IMG/VR virus record: IMGVR_UViG_3300025121_000011
Coordinates: 1-64,000 of that record
Direction: 5' to 3' (one strand)
DNA: 64,000 bases
The translations under genes were made by a program, and so were the position numbers. Shown here in pieces: positions 1-9,229 of this stretch; within the stretch, counting starts at the first letter, position 1; the number at the start of each line of letters is the position of its first letter. The notes beneath the pieces were generated by a model, which saw nothing but the letters and a program-made list of their open reading frames with translations, searched no databases and was not told where the DNA came from.

Positions 1-537
1 AATCCTCCTAAATATTTATCTGTATTGATTACTTATACAGTTGCCGCAGATGTTCTGCCTATATTTGAAAAGCATTTTCCGAAGGATTTAAGACCAAGAA
101 AAGCTGTTGAAGCGTCTAAGATGTATTTAGATGGATATGCGGTTGATGCTGATGCTGCTTATGTTGCTTATGCTGCTTATGCTGCTTATGTTGCTGTTTA
201 TGCTGCTTATGTCGCTGCTGATACTGCTTATGCTGCTTATGCTGCTAATGTCGCTTATTATGCTGCTAATGTCGCTTATTGTGCTGCTTATGCTACTGTT
301 AATGACATCGCTGATTATACTGCTTATGCTGTTTATTATGCAGCTCTTGCCTCTTCCGAAGAACACATCTTAAATCTTATTTTATCTCTGCTTCCTCAGA
401 TGATCGATTATGCTGTTGAAAATCAAATCAAGTTGTTTACCGGATCCGGAGATTTCTCAGAGATATTTGAGATGTTAACCGATGAGCAGAAGAAGCTGGT
501 CATATATAATATGAATGTAATTGGGAGTTGGAAATGA
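1..537 (+). CDS. Imm5-like variable-core array protein, copy A1 (5' end lies before the window)
   Basis: Frame 1 is open from base 1 (NPPKYLSVLITYTVAADVLPIFE...DLRPRKAVE); Ala/Tyr core; conserved SSEEH...VIYNM C-module. Confidence 0.85.
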   Translation, partial: NPPKYLSVLITYTVAADVLPIFEKHFPKDLRPRKAVEASKMYLDGYAVDADAAYVAYAAYAAYVAVYAAYVAADTAYAAYAANVAYYAANVAYCAAYATVNDIADYTAYAVYYAALASSEEHILNLILSLLPQMIDYAVENQIKLFTGSGDFSEIFEMLTDEQKKLVIYNMNVIGSWK

Positions 538-1091
538 TTTCATCAGGAGATTTGGTTAAATTCATTAATCCTCCTAAATATTTATGCGTATTAATTGCTT
601 ATACAGTTGCCGCAGATGTTCTGCCTATATTTGAAAAGCATTTTCCGAAGGATTTAAGACCAAGAAAAGCTGTTGAAGCGTCTAAGATGTATTTAGATGG
701 ATATGCGGTTGTTGCTGCTGATGCTTATACTGCTGCTTATGCCGCTTATGCTGCTTATGATGCTTATGCTGCTAATGCTACTTATGATGCTAATGCTGCT
801 TATGCTGCTTATGCTGCTTATTATGCTGCCGCTGCTGCTTATGTTTATGCTACCGCTGTCGCTATTGCTAATACTGATTATGTCGCTCGTTATGCGGTTA
901 GAGTCTCTTCTAAAGAACATGTCTTTAATCTTATTTTATCTCTGCTTCCTCAGATGATCGATTATGCCGTTGAAAATCAAATTAAATTATTCACCGGACC
1001 TGGAGACTTCTCAGATATATTTGAGATGTTAACCGATGAACAGAAGAAATCGGTGATATACAATATGGATGTAATTGGAGGTTGGAAATGA
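534..1091 (+). CDS. Imm5-like variable-core array protein, copy A2
   Basis: ATG at 534 overlaps the previous TGA (ATGA) with GGAG upstream; VLPIFE..PKDLRPRKAVE resembles the Imm5-like N-terminal motif. Confidence 0.85.
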   Translation: MISSGDLVKFINPPKYLCVLIAYTVAADVLPIFEKHFPKDLRPRKAVEASKMYLDGYAVVAADAYTAAYAAYAAYDAYAANATYDANAAYAAYAAYYAAAAAYVYATAVAIANTDYVARYAVRVSSKEHVFNLILSLLPQMIDYAVENQIKLFTGPGDFSDIFEMLTDEQKKSVIYNMDVIGGWK

Positions 1092-1672
1092 TTTCATCAA
1101 GAAATTTGGTTAAATTCATTAATCCTCCAGAATATTTATGCGTATTGATTGCTTATACAGTTGCCGCAGATGTTCTGCCTATATTTGAAGAGAAGTATCC
1201 GAAGGATTTAAGACCGAGAAAAGCTGTTGAAGTTGCTAAGATGTATTTGGAGGGATATGCGGTTGTTGCTGCTGATGTTGATGCTGCTATTTATGCCGCT
1301 GCTGATGCTGCTGATGCTGCTTATGCTGCTAATGCTGCTAATGCTGCTTATTATGCTTATGTTGCTGTCGCTAATGTTGCTAATGCTGCTTATGCTGCTG
1401 CTTATGTTGCTTATTATGCCGCTGTTGCTGATGTTTCTTATACCGTTGCTTATGCTACTTATGCTGCTGATTATGCAGTTTCTGTTTCTTCCGAAGAACA
1501 CATCTTCAATTTGATTCTATCTCTGATTCCTCAGATGATCGATTATGCTGTTGAAAATCAAATCAAATTATTTACTGGATCCGGAGACTTCTCGGAGATA
1601 TTTGAGATGTTAATTGATGAACAGAAGAAGCTGGTGATATTTAATATGGATGTATTTAGGAATTGGAAATGA
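1088..1672 (+). CDS. Imm5-like variable-core array protein, copy A3
   Basis: Same architecture, ATGA coupling. Confidence 0.85.
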   Translation: MISSRNLVKFINPPEYLCVLIAYTVAADVLPIFEEKYPKDLRPRKAVEVAKMYLEGYAVVAADVDAAIYAAADAADAAYAANAANAAYYAYVAVANVANAAYAAAYVAYYAAVADVSYTVAYATYAADYAVSVSSEEHIFNLILSLIPQMIDYAVENQIKLFTGSGDFSEIFEMLIDEQKKLVIFNMDVFRNWK

Positions 1673-2247
1673 TTTCATCAAAGAATTTAGTTTACTTCAT
1701 TAATCCTCCTGAATATTTATCTGTATCGATTGCTTATACAGTTGCCGCAGATGTTCTGCCTATATTTGAAAAGCATTTTCCGAAGGATTTAAGACCAAGA
1801 AAAGCTGTTGAAGCGTCTAAGATGTATTTAGATGGATATGCGGTTGATTCTGCTGATGCTTATGATGCTGCTTATGCTGCTTATTCTGCTTATGCTGCTG
1901 CTTATGATGTTGCTGTCGCTGCTAATGCTGCTCATATTGTTTATGCTACTTATGCTGCTGCTGCTGCTAATGCTGCTGCTGCTGTTGTTAACGCTGCTAA
2001 TGCCACCGCTAATGCTGTTGCTGTTAATACTGCTTATGCCGTTTATTATGCAGTTTCTGCCTCTTCCGAAGAACACATCTTCAATCTTATTTTATCTCTG
2101 ATTCCTCAGATGATCGATTATGCTGTTGAAAATCAAATCAAGTTGTTCACCGGATCTGGAGACTTCTCGGAAATATTTGAGAAGTTAACCGATGAACAGA
2201 AGAAATCGGTGATATACAATATGGATGTAATCGGGAATTGGAAATGA
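1669..2247 (+). CDS. Imm5-like variable-core array protein, copy A4
   Basis: Same architecture, ATGA coupling. Confidence 0.85.
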   Translation: MISSKNLVYFINPPEYLSVSIAYTVAADVLPIFEKHFPKDLRPRKAVEASKMYLDGYAVDSADAYDAAYAAYSAYAAAYDVAVAANAAHIVYATYAAAAANAAAAVVNAANATANAVAVNTAYAVYYAVSASSEEHIFNLILSLIPQMIDYAVENQIKLFTGSGDFSEIFEKLTDEQKKSVIYNMDVIGNWK

Positions 2248-2837
2248 TTTCATCAAAAGATTTGGTTCTCTTCATTAATCCTCCTAAATATTTATCCGTA
2301 TTGATTGCTTATACAGTTGCCGAAGATGTTCTGCCTATATTTGAAAAACAGTATCCAAAGGATTTAAGACCGAGAAAAGCTGTTGAAGCGTCTAAGATGT
2401 ATTTAAATGGATATGCTGCTGATGCTAATGCTGCTTATGATGCTGCTAATGCTGCTTATGATGCTGCTAATGCTGCTTATGCTGCTTATGATGCTGCTAA
2501 TGCTGCTGCTTATGTTGCTTATTATGCTGCTAATGCTGCTGCTGCTTATGTTGCTTATTATGCTGTTTATGCTGTTAATGCTGCTAATGCTGCTTATTAT
2601 GCTGCTAGTGCCGTTTATTATGCAGCCAAAGCCTCTTCCGAAGAACACATCTTTAATCTTATTCTATCTCTGCTTCCTCAGATGATCGATTATGCTGTTG
2701 AAAATCAAATCAAGTTGTTCACCGGTTCTGGAGACTTCTCGGAAATATTTGAGATGTTAACTGATGAACAGAAGAAATCGGTGATATACAATATGGATAT
2801 GTTTTATTTAAGTAATAATAAATTACTTTTTAAGTAA
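2244..2837 (+). CDS. Imm5-like variable-core array protein, copy A5 (last of array, unique tail)
   Basis: Same architecture; similarity ends after YNMD. Confidence 0.85.
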   Translation: MISSKDLVLFINPPKYLSVLIAYTVAEDVLPIFEKQYPKDLRPRKAVEASKMYLNGYAADANAAYDAANAAYDAANAAYAAYDAANAAAYVAYYAANAAAAYVAYYAVYAVNAANAAYYAASAVYYAAKASSEEHIFNLILSLLPQMIDYAVENQIKLFTGSGDFSEIFEMLTDEQKKSVIYNMDMFYLSNNKLLFK

Positions 2838-2893
2838 TTGTCACTACAATATTATTATAATATCATCGGTATAAGTATATTGTAGGAGGTAAA

Positions 2894-3283
2894 ATGATGC
2901 AGTATGTTGAAGTAAGACATAATCTATATATTTGTTTTAATCCATTTGAAATTGTTGAAGAATCAAGAAAAGTTAATGGGTGTGGAAATAAGTATTATAA
3001 AATTCCTATTATATTATTAATGTTTTTAACTCCAATATTAGGTGGGTTATTTGTAATAGCCTTTCCAATGATTATATTCGCTTCTATCATTTATTCTATC
3101 TTTGCAATAATATTTGGAAATATGAAAGAAGATGTTTTAGGCTTTGGAGTTCAAGAATATGATCCAATTATATCTTATTTAGCAAATCGTGAAATAAAAG
3201 ATTTACCATTAGAAGAAGAAGAATTAGAAGAAGAATTAAAAGAGTTGGTATCTGAAGTTGAAATAGTTAGAAAATCTGAATAA
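2894..3283 (+). CDS. Small membrane protein
   Basis: AGGAGG RBS; long hydrophobic segment IPIILLMFLTPILGGLFVIAFPMIIF; acidic tail. Confidence 0.7.
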   Translation: MMQYVEVRHNLYICFNPFEIVEESRKVNGCGNKYYKIPIILLMFLTPILGGLFVIAFPMIIFASIIYSIFAIIFGNMKEDVLGFGVQEYDPIISYLANREIKDLPLEEEELEEELKELVSEVEIVRKSE

Positions 3284-3568
3284 ACCATAAAATAATGAGT
3301 ATAAATAATATTTTGATTATAGATATATTGAATGGAAATATCACCACTAATTAATATATATAATAGGGGGGGCAATACAATGTGATATTTTCTTTTTTTA
3401 AATGGCGGTGTTTGAGGCTATATCTGGTATATCGCAGTTAAGATGCGTGAGGATCTTTGATATGCCGAACAGTGATGTCGACAAATAAATTTTGATTGTT
3501 TTGTGTTATGATTGAAGGCGGTGTATCCTATCTATCTATGTTTTTATAGTAGGTGAGGATACGTTTTG

Positions 3569-3750
3569 GGGCAATTAGCTTATAACTGGATAAAGCATAT
3601 ATATAAAGATTATGAAGCTAATAACAGTATGCATGTTGTTATTAGATTATTATCTTCTACTAACTTATGTAAAGTTACGTTGTGGCCGCAGCGTAAAGAA
3701 AAGTAAGAATATGTAAAGTATAAAAGTGGGTTCGAATCCTACATTGCTCT
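3569..3750 (+). ncRNA. tRNA-like RNA with ~110-nt structured insert in the anticodon arm (intron-containing tRNA or tRNA mimic)
   Basis: Acceptor GGGCAAT(3569-75)/ATTGCTC(3743-49); U8A9; D-stem GCTT/AAGC with GG in the loop; T-arm GTGGG-TTCGAAT-CCTAC(3726-42); no encoded CCA. Confidence 0.8.
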
Positions 3751-3759
3751 TATAAAAGA

Positions 3760-4779
3760 TTATTTGAATGAAAACAAACCTACGTCAACAATTTTTAAAT
3801 GATTATCTTTTGTGGACATCATAATGTTTTCAGCGTGAACATCTTTCCAATGAATATTATAACTGCCTGATATAAATCGTAATGTGTCAAGTAGACCTTG
3901 TATATTTTCAGCAACATCATTATTAGGTCTTTTATTAAATATTTCTTCTGAATACGGAAATGCTATTTTAAAAAGTTCTTCTGATAGAAGATCATATATA
4001 ATATCTTTGATATTATAATAATTCGGATTACTGGTGTGTTTTTCAATTATATTAACAACTTGTGTTAAACTCAAAGTGTTTGTTTTTGGAAAATCTTTTA
4101 ATATTTGTTCTATTGTTGAAATATCAACATCCTCTTTAATTCTCTTTTGAATTTCTATTTCTATTTGGGTAATAAAAAGTGGTGTAAGTATTTTACGCCA
4201 AATATCTTTTCTGTATACTTTTGCCGCAGAAAATTCGCTAGCAACTTCGGCTGGAAGTGGTTTTAATTGTTCCATAACAATTAAATCATATAATTCATTT
4301 TCTGGCATAATTGTTCCACGTTTAATTAAATATATTTTTGGAAAATAGTCTGCATATTGTTTTGGCATTTGTTCTATGCGTTTTTGCAGAGCACCCCATA
4401 TTGGAAAGTCATTTGCTAAATAGCTGATAGTGATTTTTGCTGCAACTTGTTGACCCTTATAAATCGCGGAAAATACGCTACCAAATGCACCGGAGCCAAG
4501 ATGCTCCTTTGCATTTTGAGGCACCATTTGCAATCCATTTTCTTTTAGTATTTTTGCAGCCAAACTAATGATAACGGTTTGGTACTTATCTGATTTTTGT
4601 GCCGAAGGAATTATCTTTTCTAAATATTCTTCATCAGATATGGATTTTTCACCAAACTCTTCAGCATCTTCTTTATATCTATCTTCGAAAGATTGGTGTA
4701 ATTCAGAAACTGCTTGAGATTCAACAGTCAGATGTAAATCATTAAGTATTGTCTGCAAAATTTTAAGATAATCTTTCAT
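3760..4779 (-). CDS. Protein kinase-like (Hanks-type fold) protein
   Basis: LGSGAFGSVF Gly-loop, VAAKI Lys, WKDVHAENIM catalytic loop, KIVDVG. Confidence 0.85.
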   Translation of the reverse strand: MKDYLKILQTILNDLHLTVESQAVSELHQSFEDRYKEDAEEFGEKSISDEEYLEKIIPSAQKSDKYQTVIISLAAKILKENGLQMVPQNAKEHLGSGAFGSVFSAIYKGQQVAAKITISYLANDFPIWGALQKRIEQMPKQYADYFPKIYLIKRGTIMPENELYDLIVMEQLKPLPAEVASEFSAAKVYRKDIWRKILTPLFITQIEIEIQKRIKEDVDISTIEQILKDFPKTNTLSLTQVVNIIEKHTSNPNYYNIKDIIYDLLSEELFKIAFPYSEEIFNKRPNNDVAENIQGLLDTLRFISGSYNIHWKDVHAENIMMSTKDNHLKIVDVGLFSFK

Positions 4780-4814
4780 GCTGATTTCCTCGTTATTATA
4801 ATGTAATGCGTATA

Positions 4815-4821
4815 ATTAGTA
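4815..4821 (-). promoter_or_regulatory. TACTAAT candidate late-promoter motif
   Basis: 35 nt upstream of the kinase start; same motif upstream of 17531, 20902 and 27524. Confidence 0.5.
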
Positions 4822-4856
4822 TGACTTAATATGAAAATTAATTTACTTGGAGAACA

Positions 4857-5405
4857 ATGAATCCTTCTTTAAATATTCCATTATTTGAACTCGTTAAAGC
4901 AAAAGATCCTGTTTGTGATATTTTGGGTAATGAAATTATCCGAGGACAGGTGATAGCTTATAGTAAGGGTAGTCGTGGGCAAAGGAATCTGCTTGTCGGG
5001 GTAGTATCATGTCTTGTTCCTCATGGAAAAGGATATTCTATTCATTTAGTTTCCCAATCTGAATGGCACAATTGTAATCATCAGACTTATGCGGGAATAG
5101 ACAATTCTATTGTAATTCTGCATAATCCTCTTTATAGTTTAAATTCAAAAGTAATTGCTAATTTATTTGAAAATGTGGAGTCAATTAAAGGTAAGTCTCA
5201 TGGAGATGTTCAAGAGTTTAATGCAGAAAAAGGACCTGGTTACAGTTTTTATAGAAAAATTCATTGGAAAAATATCTTGCCAATGAATTATAAGTTTGGG
5301 GAAGCATTAGATTTGGAACAATATATTTCAATTCCAAATAAAAAAGAATTGGCTAAATTAGATAAAGCTTTTAAAGAAAAATATAAAAATATTACTGTAT
5401 ATTAG
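4857..5405 (+). CDS. Hypothetical protein
   Basis: 182-aa ORF with GGAG RBS. Confidence 0.7.
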   Translation: MNPSLNIPLFELVKAKDPVCDILGNEIIRGQVIAYSKGSRGQRNLLVGVVSCLVPHGKGYSIHLVSQSEWHNCNHQTYAGIDNSIVILHNPLYSLNSKVIANLFENVESIKGKSHGDVQEFNAEKGPGYSFYRKIHWKNILPMNYKFGEALDLEQYISIPNKKELAKLDKAFKEKYKNITVY

Positions 5406-5673
5406 GTTTAAAATTAATTATGATATACTATCAAGCCTTGGTAATGGATAGATAGAGATAAAACACAATGATGTATAATGGTGCTAGTCCGTGGGAAGAT
5501 ATATTAGGTGGTGAAGATATGGAATCAGTTAATATATCCATAGGATGCATTTTGAGACTTGGACTAAGTCTCAAAGAATAGTTGTAATTAATTTTTTGTT
5601 TTAACGATAGAATAAATTTTATCATATAAATAAAATAAAGATAGTAATAAGATTATATATTTACGGAGGTTTA

Positions 5674-6126
5674 ATGAGCCAAGAGAAATATGAAGCCAAA
5701 ATTCAAAAATATATACTTCTTATAGAGGCTAATCCAAATGATAAAACTCTAGATGATATAAGATTTGAAGTCACACTTCATCAGTTTTATCCCATTACGT
5801 GTCGAGATATAGAGATTGGGTGTGAATGTCCTGTTGGCTGGCGTAAAATTGTAGAATGTGCAATTTCCGCTATAGAAGAGATAGCAACAAATACCACTTC
5901 TTCTCCACCGCAAGTGGTTCAAATAAAACAAAAATACGGCACATTAAGAATATATATGATGTCAGAAGGCCATCCAGATGTTAGTAGAATTATAGATTTA
6001 GCTGAAAAGAAGTGTCATCGGACATGCACAAAATGTGGAGACTCTGGAATATTTAGAACTCAAATTCCTTGGGGTGGAGTATTGTGCGATCATCATTATG
6101 AGATATGGGTGACAGAGCATATTTAA
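5674..6126 (+). CDS. Hypothetical phage protein with C-terminal CxxC
   Basis: GGAGG RBS; GW...VVQIKQKYGTLRIY...CTKCG...LCDHH pattern. Confidence 0.75.
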   Translation: MSQEKYEAKIQKYILLIEANPNDKTLDDIRFEVTLHQFYPITCRDIEIGCECPVGWRKIVECAISAIEEIATNTTSSPPQVVQIKQKYGTLRIYMMSEGHPDVSRIIDLAEKKCHRTCTKCGDSGIFRTQIPWGGVLCDHHYEIWVTEHI

Positions 6127-6181
6127 TTACATTATTTCATGAATATTAGAATCCGCCTGATATGGCGAAGTTAGGTTTGGA

Positions 6182-6841
6182 GTGAAGTTATTTAACATTC
6201 CCATTAAATTTCATTGGTCATCTGTTTTTTTATTGCTGATGATTTTTTGTACTTCTAATTTTAGTATTATTTATGGATGTGTAATTGCGATAATGGTTTT
6301 GTTTTCCTTAATAGGGCATGAGCTGGCACACTGTTTGGTTGCTCGTGAATTTAATTATGATACCAAAGATATAACCATTATGGCTTTAGGCGGTGTAGCG
6401 CAAATAGCTCGCGCATCTAAAATGTCAGCTAAAGAAAATTTTTTAATGTCAATAGCGGGTCCAACATTTAACTTGTTTTGCGTAATAATACTTTTTATTC
6501 CTGCTATAATTTTAATTAATACGTTTTTAGGTTTAACAATATGTTACGCTATGGCGATCAACCTAATTATGTTTGGTTTCAATATGTTACCAGCTTATCC
6601 GTTAGATGGCAGTAGAGTATTTGGAGCTGTAATAGAATACTTTTTCGGAAAACAAAAAAGTATTTTGATGACAACCTGGATATCTTTAGCATCTGGAGTA
6701 TGTATTTGTTTTTTTGGAGGAATCAGTGGTTCTATATTTATTCTGATTATTGGCTTCATTGTTTGCTTTATTTCTTCTCCAGCACTTATAAGAAAGATAC
6801 AAAATACCTTTAGGTTTAAAAATGATAGATTCAATGTTTGA
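6182..6841 (+). CDS. Site-2 protease (M50) membrane metalloprotease
   Basis: HELAH, AGP..N, NMLPAYPLDG motifs; multiple TM segments. Confidence 0.92.
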   Translation: MKLFNIPIKFHWSSVFLLLMIFCTSNFSIIYGCVIAIMVLFSLIGHELAHCLVAREFNYDTKDITIMALGGVAQIARASKMSAKENFLMSIAGPTFNLFCVIILFIPAIILINTFLGLTICYAMAINLIMFGFNMLPAYPLDGSRVFGAVIEYFFGKQKSILMTTWISLASGVCICFFGGISGSIFILIIGFIVCFISSPALIRKIQNTFRFKNDRFNV

Positions 6842-7157
6842 AAGTATAGTAAAGAACTTAACAGATGAACCCGGTTTAACTTTAGTTGGAAGTCGCATCA
6901 CAAATAATGGTACGAAAGAATGTGTAACTTTTAAAATTAATGATTCTGATTTTTATATCTTCTTATTATGTAGTGAAGAATCAATTATTGGAAAATTATT
7001 TGAAAGACGCAAAACGGATGAGGTGTCTATTGTGGAAATTCAAGATCCTATAGATGTTTTGTTAGTTTGCAATATTATTACAGTCGAAAGATTGCTGGAT
7101 GTAATTTGTGATTTTAGAGTTAAACCAATTCTTTTTCATTTAAATTTATTTAATTAA
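6822..7157 (+). CDS. Hypothetical protein with C-terminal tag A
   Basis: ORF ends ..VERLLDVICDFRVKPILFHLNLFN. Confidence 0.65.
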   Translation: MIDSMFESIVKNLTDEPGLTLVGSRITNNGTKECVTFKINDSDFYIFLLCSEESIIGKLFERRKTDEVSIVEIQDPIDVLLVCNIITVERLLDVICDFRVKPILFHLNLFN

Positions 7158-7183
7158 AATATATAATCTACAGAGAGTTATCA

Positions 7184-7930
7184 ATGTCCATAGGTCTAAA
7201 AATAGATAATTTGCCAACTTTTAATATTGTTCCGGATTTTAATTTATTTGTGACGGGTGGATTCGTTCGAGATTCTCTTTTGCATATTGCATCAAAAGAT
7301 ATAGACATTGCTTGCGAAGCAAAAAGCTTTACAGAAATGTCCGATTGGGTAGAAAAAACTCATAGTAAAGTTTTCTTATCTAATCCTGAGTTCTTAACTA
7401 TTCGAGCCTTATATAAAAAAGGTGATGCACGAGATTATGTCTTGTGTCGAAAAGATGGAGCTTACAGTGATGGACGACATCCGGATGAAGTGAGTGCTGG
7501 TTCTATTCTGGATGATTTATCTCGACGGGACTTTACGATTGGAGCCATGGCAATAGACCTTAAAACTGGTCAGCTAATCGATCCTCACGGTGGGGCGTCT
7601 GATTTAAAACAACGCCTCATAAGAACCGTGGGGCGTGCTAGCGATAGGTTTGAAGAAGACCCGTTACGAATGTTGCGCGCTATTAGGTTTGCAATTACCA
7701 AGGGATTCTTTATTTCAGATGAAATTCTAAATATTTTATCAAATCCGGATTGGGCGGAGAAACTTTTGACAGTTTCTTCAGAAAGAATAAGAGAAGAAGT
7801 GTTTAAATGTTTTGTATTTGATACAGTTAGAAGTATGGAATTTTTATGTTCACATTGCTCTGCTGAGCTAAAAAATATAATTTTTGGCAATACAGGAATC
7901 TGGTTGAAGCCCACTATGGAGGCTCGATAA
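7184..7930 (+). CDS. cca: CCA-adding enzyme / poly(A) polymerase family nucleotidyltransferase (short form)
   Basis: GGFVRD, DIDI, DLSRRDFT, EDPLRMLRAIRF, ERIREE motifs. Confidence 0.9.
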   Translation: MSIGLKIDNLPTFNIVPDFNLFVTGGFVRDSLLHIASKDIDIACEAKSFTEMSDWVEKTHSKVFLSNPEFLTIRALYKKGDARDYVLCRKDGAYSDGRHPDEVSAGSILDDLSRRDFTIGAMAIDLKTGQLIDPHGGASDLKQRLIRTVGRASDRFEEDPLRMLRAIRFAITKGFFISDEILNILSNPDWAEKLLTVSSERIREEVFKCFVFDTVRSMEFLCSHCSAELKNIIFGNTGIWLKPTMEAR

Positions 7931-7933
7931 GAT

Positions 7934-8611
7934 TTGGACAAAAAAATACAATTAGAGATAGAATTGGAATCTTTGGCCACAATGTTTATGTGTGATGCTA
8001 TAATGATTGGTAACATAAAATGGACTATAGCAAAAAAACACTCTTTAGCCCTTGGAATGAGTAGCTTTTCTGAGGACATCAAATCTTTAAAAGAAGATTT
8101 TCTAATTAATAAAACGCCAAATATTCCACTTAAAAGTGATAACACAATAAACTGTAAATTGGCAGCAATGCTTATTGTAGCTTTGGCGGTCACAAATAGG
8201 CATTGGCATTCTTTTCTTGAAGAGATCGAAATCAAATACGGAAAGAATATATATTTACAAGTTATTTTAGAATTACTTGAGCTTAAAAAATATTATCAAT
8301 TAACAAAAAATGATAAAGGTTACTTAGTAAAATATTGGGCAGATCAAGAATATCTAGAAGAAGATTTTGTAAAAATGGTTTGCTTATCTTATTTTGATTC
8401 AGACTATTATTCGGCAAAGACGCTCTATATGCGAAAATTAGCAAAATCAAATAAGTTTGATCTACTTAGATTGTTTACAAAATCTTCAGCAAAAGGGATT
8501 CAACAAGTTCTTGTAGAATTGCTCCCCAAAGAAGATCTTATATATTTAATTAATTCGCCTCACGAAGAGATACAGAAAATATTGGAAAAAAAACTTAATA
8601 CGGAATCTTAA
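7934..8611 (+). CDS. Helical hypothetical protein with C-terminal motif B
   Basis: Ends VLVELLPKEDLIYLINSPHEEIQKILEKKL. Confidence 0.7.
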   Translation: MDKKIQLEIELESLATMFMCDAIMIGNIKWTIAKKHSLALGMSSFSEDIKSLKEDFLINKTPNIPLKSDNTINCKLAAMLIVALAVTNRHWHSFLEEIEIKYGKNIYLQVILELLELKKYYQLTKNDKGYLVKYWADQEYLEEDFVKMVCLSYFDSDYYSAKTLYMRKLAKSNKFDLLRLFTKSSAKGIQQVLVELLPKEDLIYLINSPHEEIQKILEKKLNTES

Positions 8612-8688
8612 ATAATTAAGATAAAAATAAAATTAACCAGGTAACAGAATAGTAGCCTATTCGATAAACCATCAAGCAAGGATTTAAT

Positions 8689-8934
8689 ATGGAACAGAAA
8701 CAAGTTGGCATTACTGATGAATATGGGTGCTTTGACATTAGCGATTTTGAACCCGGTGATAATATCATCGTAACTAATCCAAGAACCAGAGAGAGGATTA
8801 AGGGGATTGTTGTATCAACAAATAACCGGCCGGCATCTGTTGTGTTTGAGGATAAGAGTGGAGAAACCCATACGGTTAAGCTGAATAATGTGACCTTTCT
8901 TCAAGCTCCGGAGCGGGGGTGGTTATATCGATAA
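8689..8934 (+). CDS. Small beta-rich (SH3-like) hypothetical protein
   Basis: 81 aa; FEPGDNIIV...KGIVV pattern. Confidence 0.6.
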   Translation: MEQKQVGITDEYGCFDISDFEPGDNIIVTNPRTRERIKGIVVSTNNRPASVVFEDKSGETHTVKLNNVTFLQAPERGWLYR

Positions 8935-8947
8935 TACAGGAGTATAA

Positions 8948-9229
8948 TTGATTATAATAGAACATGAAGGCGCAGAATATACGTTAATAACTCGAAGTGG
9001 AAAGCTGCTTTGGGTTGATTCTAGAAATCAAATAGCAGATGCAAAATTATCAAATACATTGATAACACAAGCATCTAATATAACTGATGACGCATTGCAA
9101 AAGAAGTTAAAATCTGTTTTACCTAAACTCATAAAACAAGTTCCGGTTGAGACAAATATACATCGAATGCGTAAAAAGAAAAACGGAATCTCAATTAAAA
9201 TTAATTTAAAAAAAATGGAGGAAGAATGA
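8948..9229 (+). CDS. Hypothetical protein
   Basis: ORF with GGAG RBS, coupled to the next gene. Confidence 0.6.
   Translation: MIIIEHEGAEYTLITRSGKLLWVDSRNQIADAKLSNTLITQASNITDDALQKKLKSVLPKLIKQVPVETNIHRMRKKKNGISIKINLKKMEEE

Larger units (their letters stand above)
1..2800 (+). repeat. Tandem gene array, ~555-580 bp units with GCT/TAT/AAT/GAT/GTT trinucleotide cores
   Basis: Five near-identical flanking blocks visible directly; cores differ in length and order. Confidence 0.95.

Noticed and set aside
1-2837. CRISPR array
   Set aside because: Units are ~570-bp coding genes, not 25-45-bp repeats with spacers; no cas operon
3598-3725. Group I intron in the tRNA-like gene
   Set aside because: About 110 nt is too short, and I could not identify P7 core sequences or a fitting terminal G
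7585-8235. 216-aa minus-strand ORF and other antisense ORFs in the track
   Set aside because: They lie opposite motif-supported + strand genes and show no motifs or RBS
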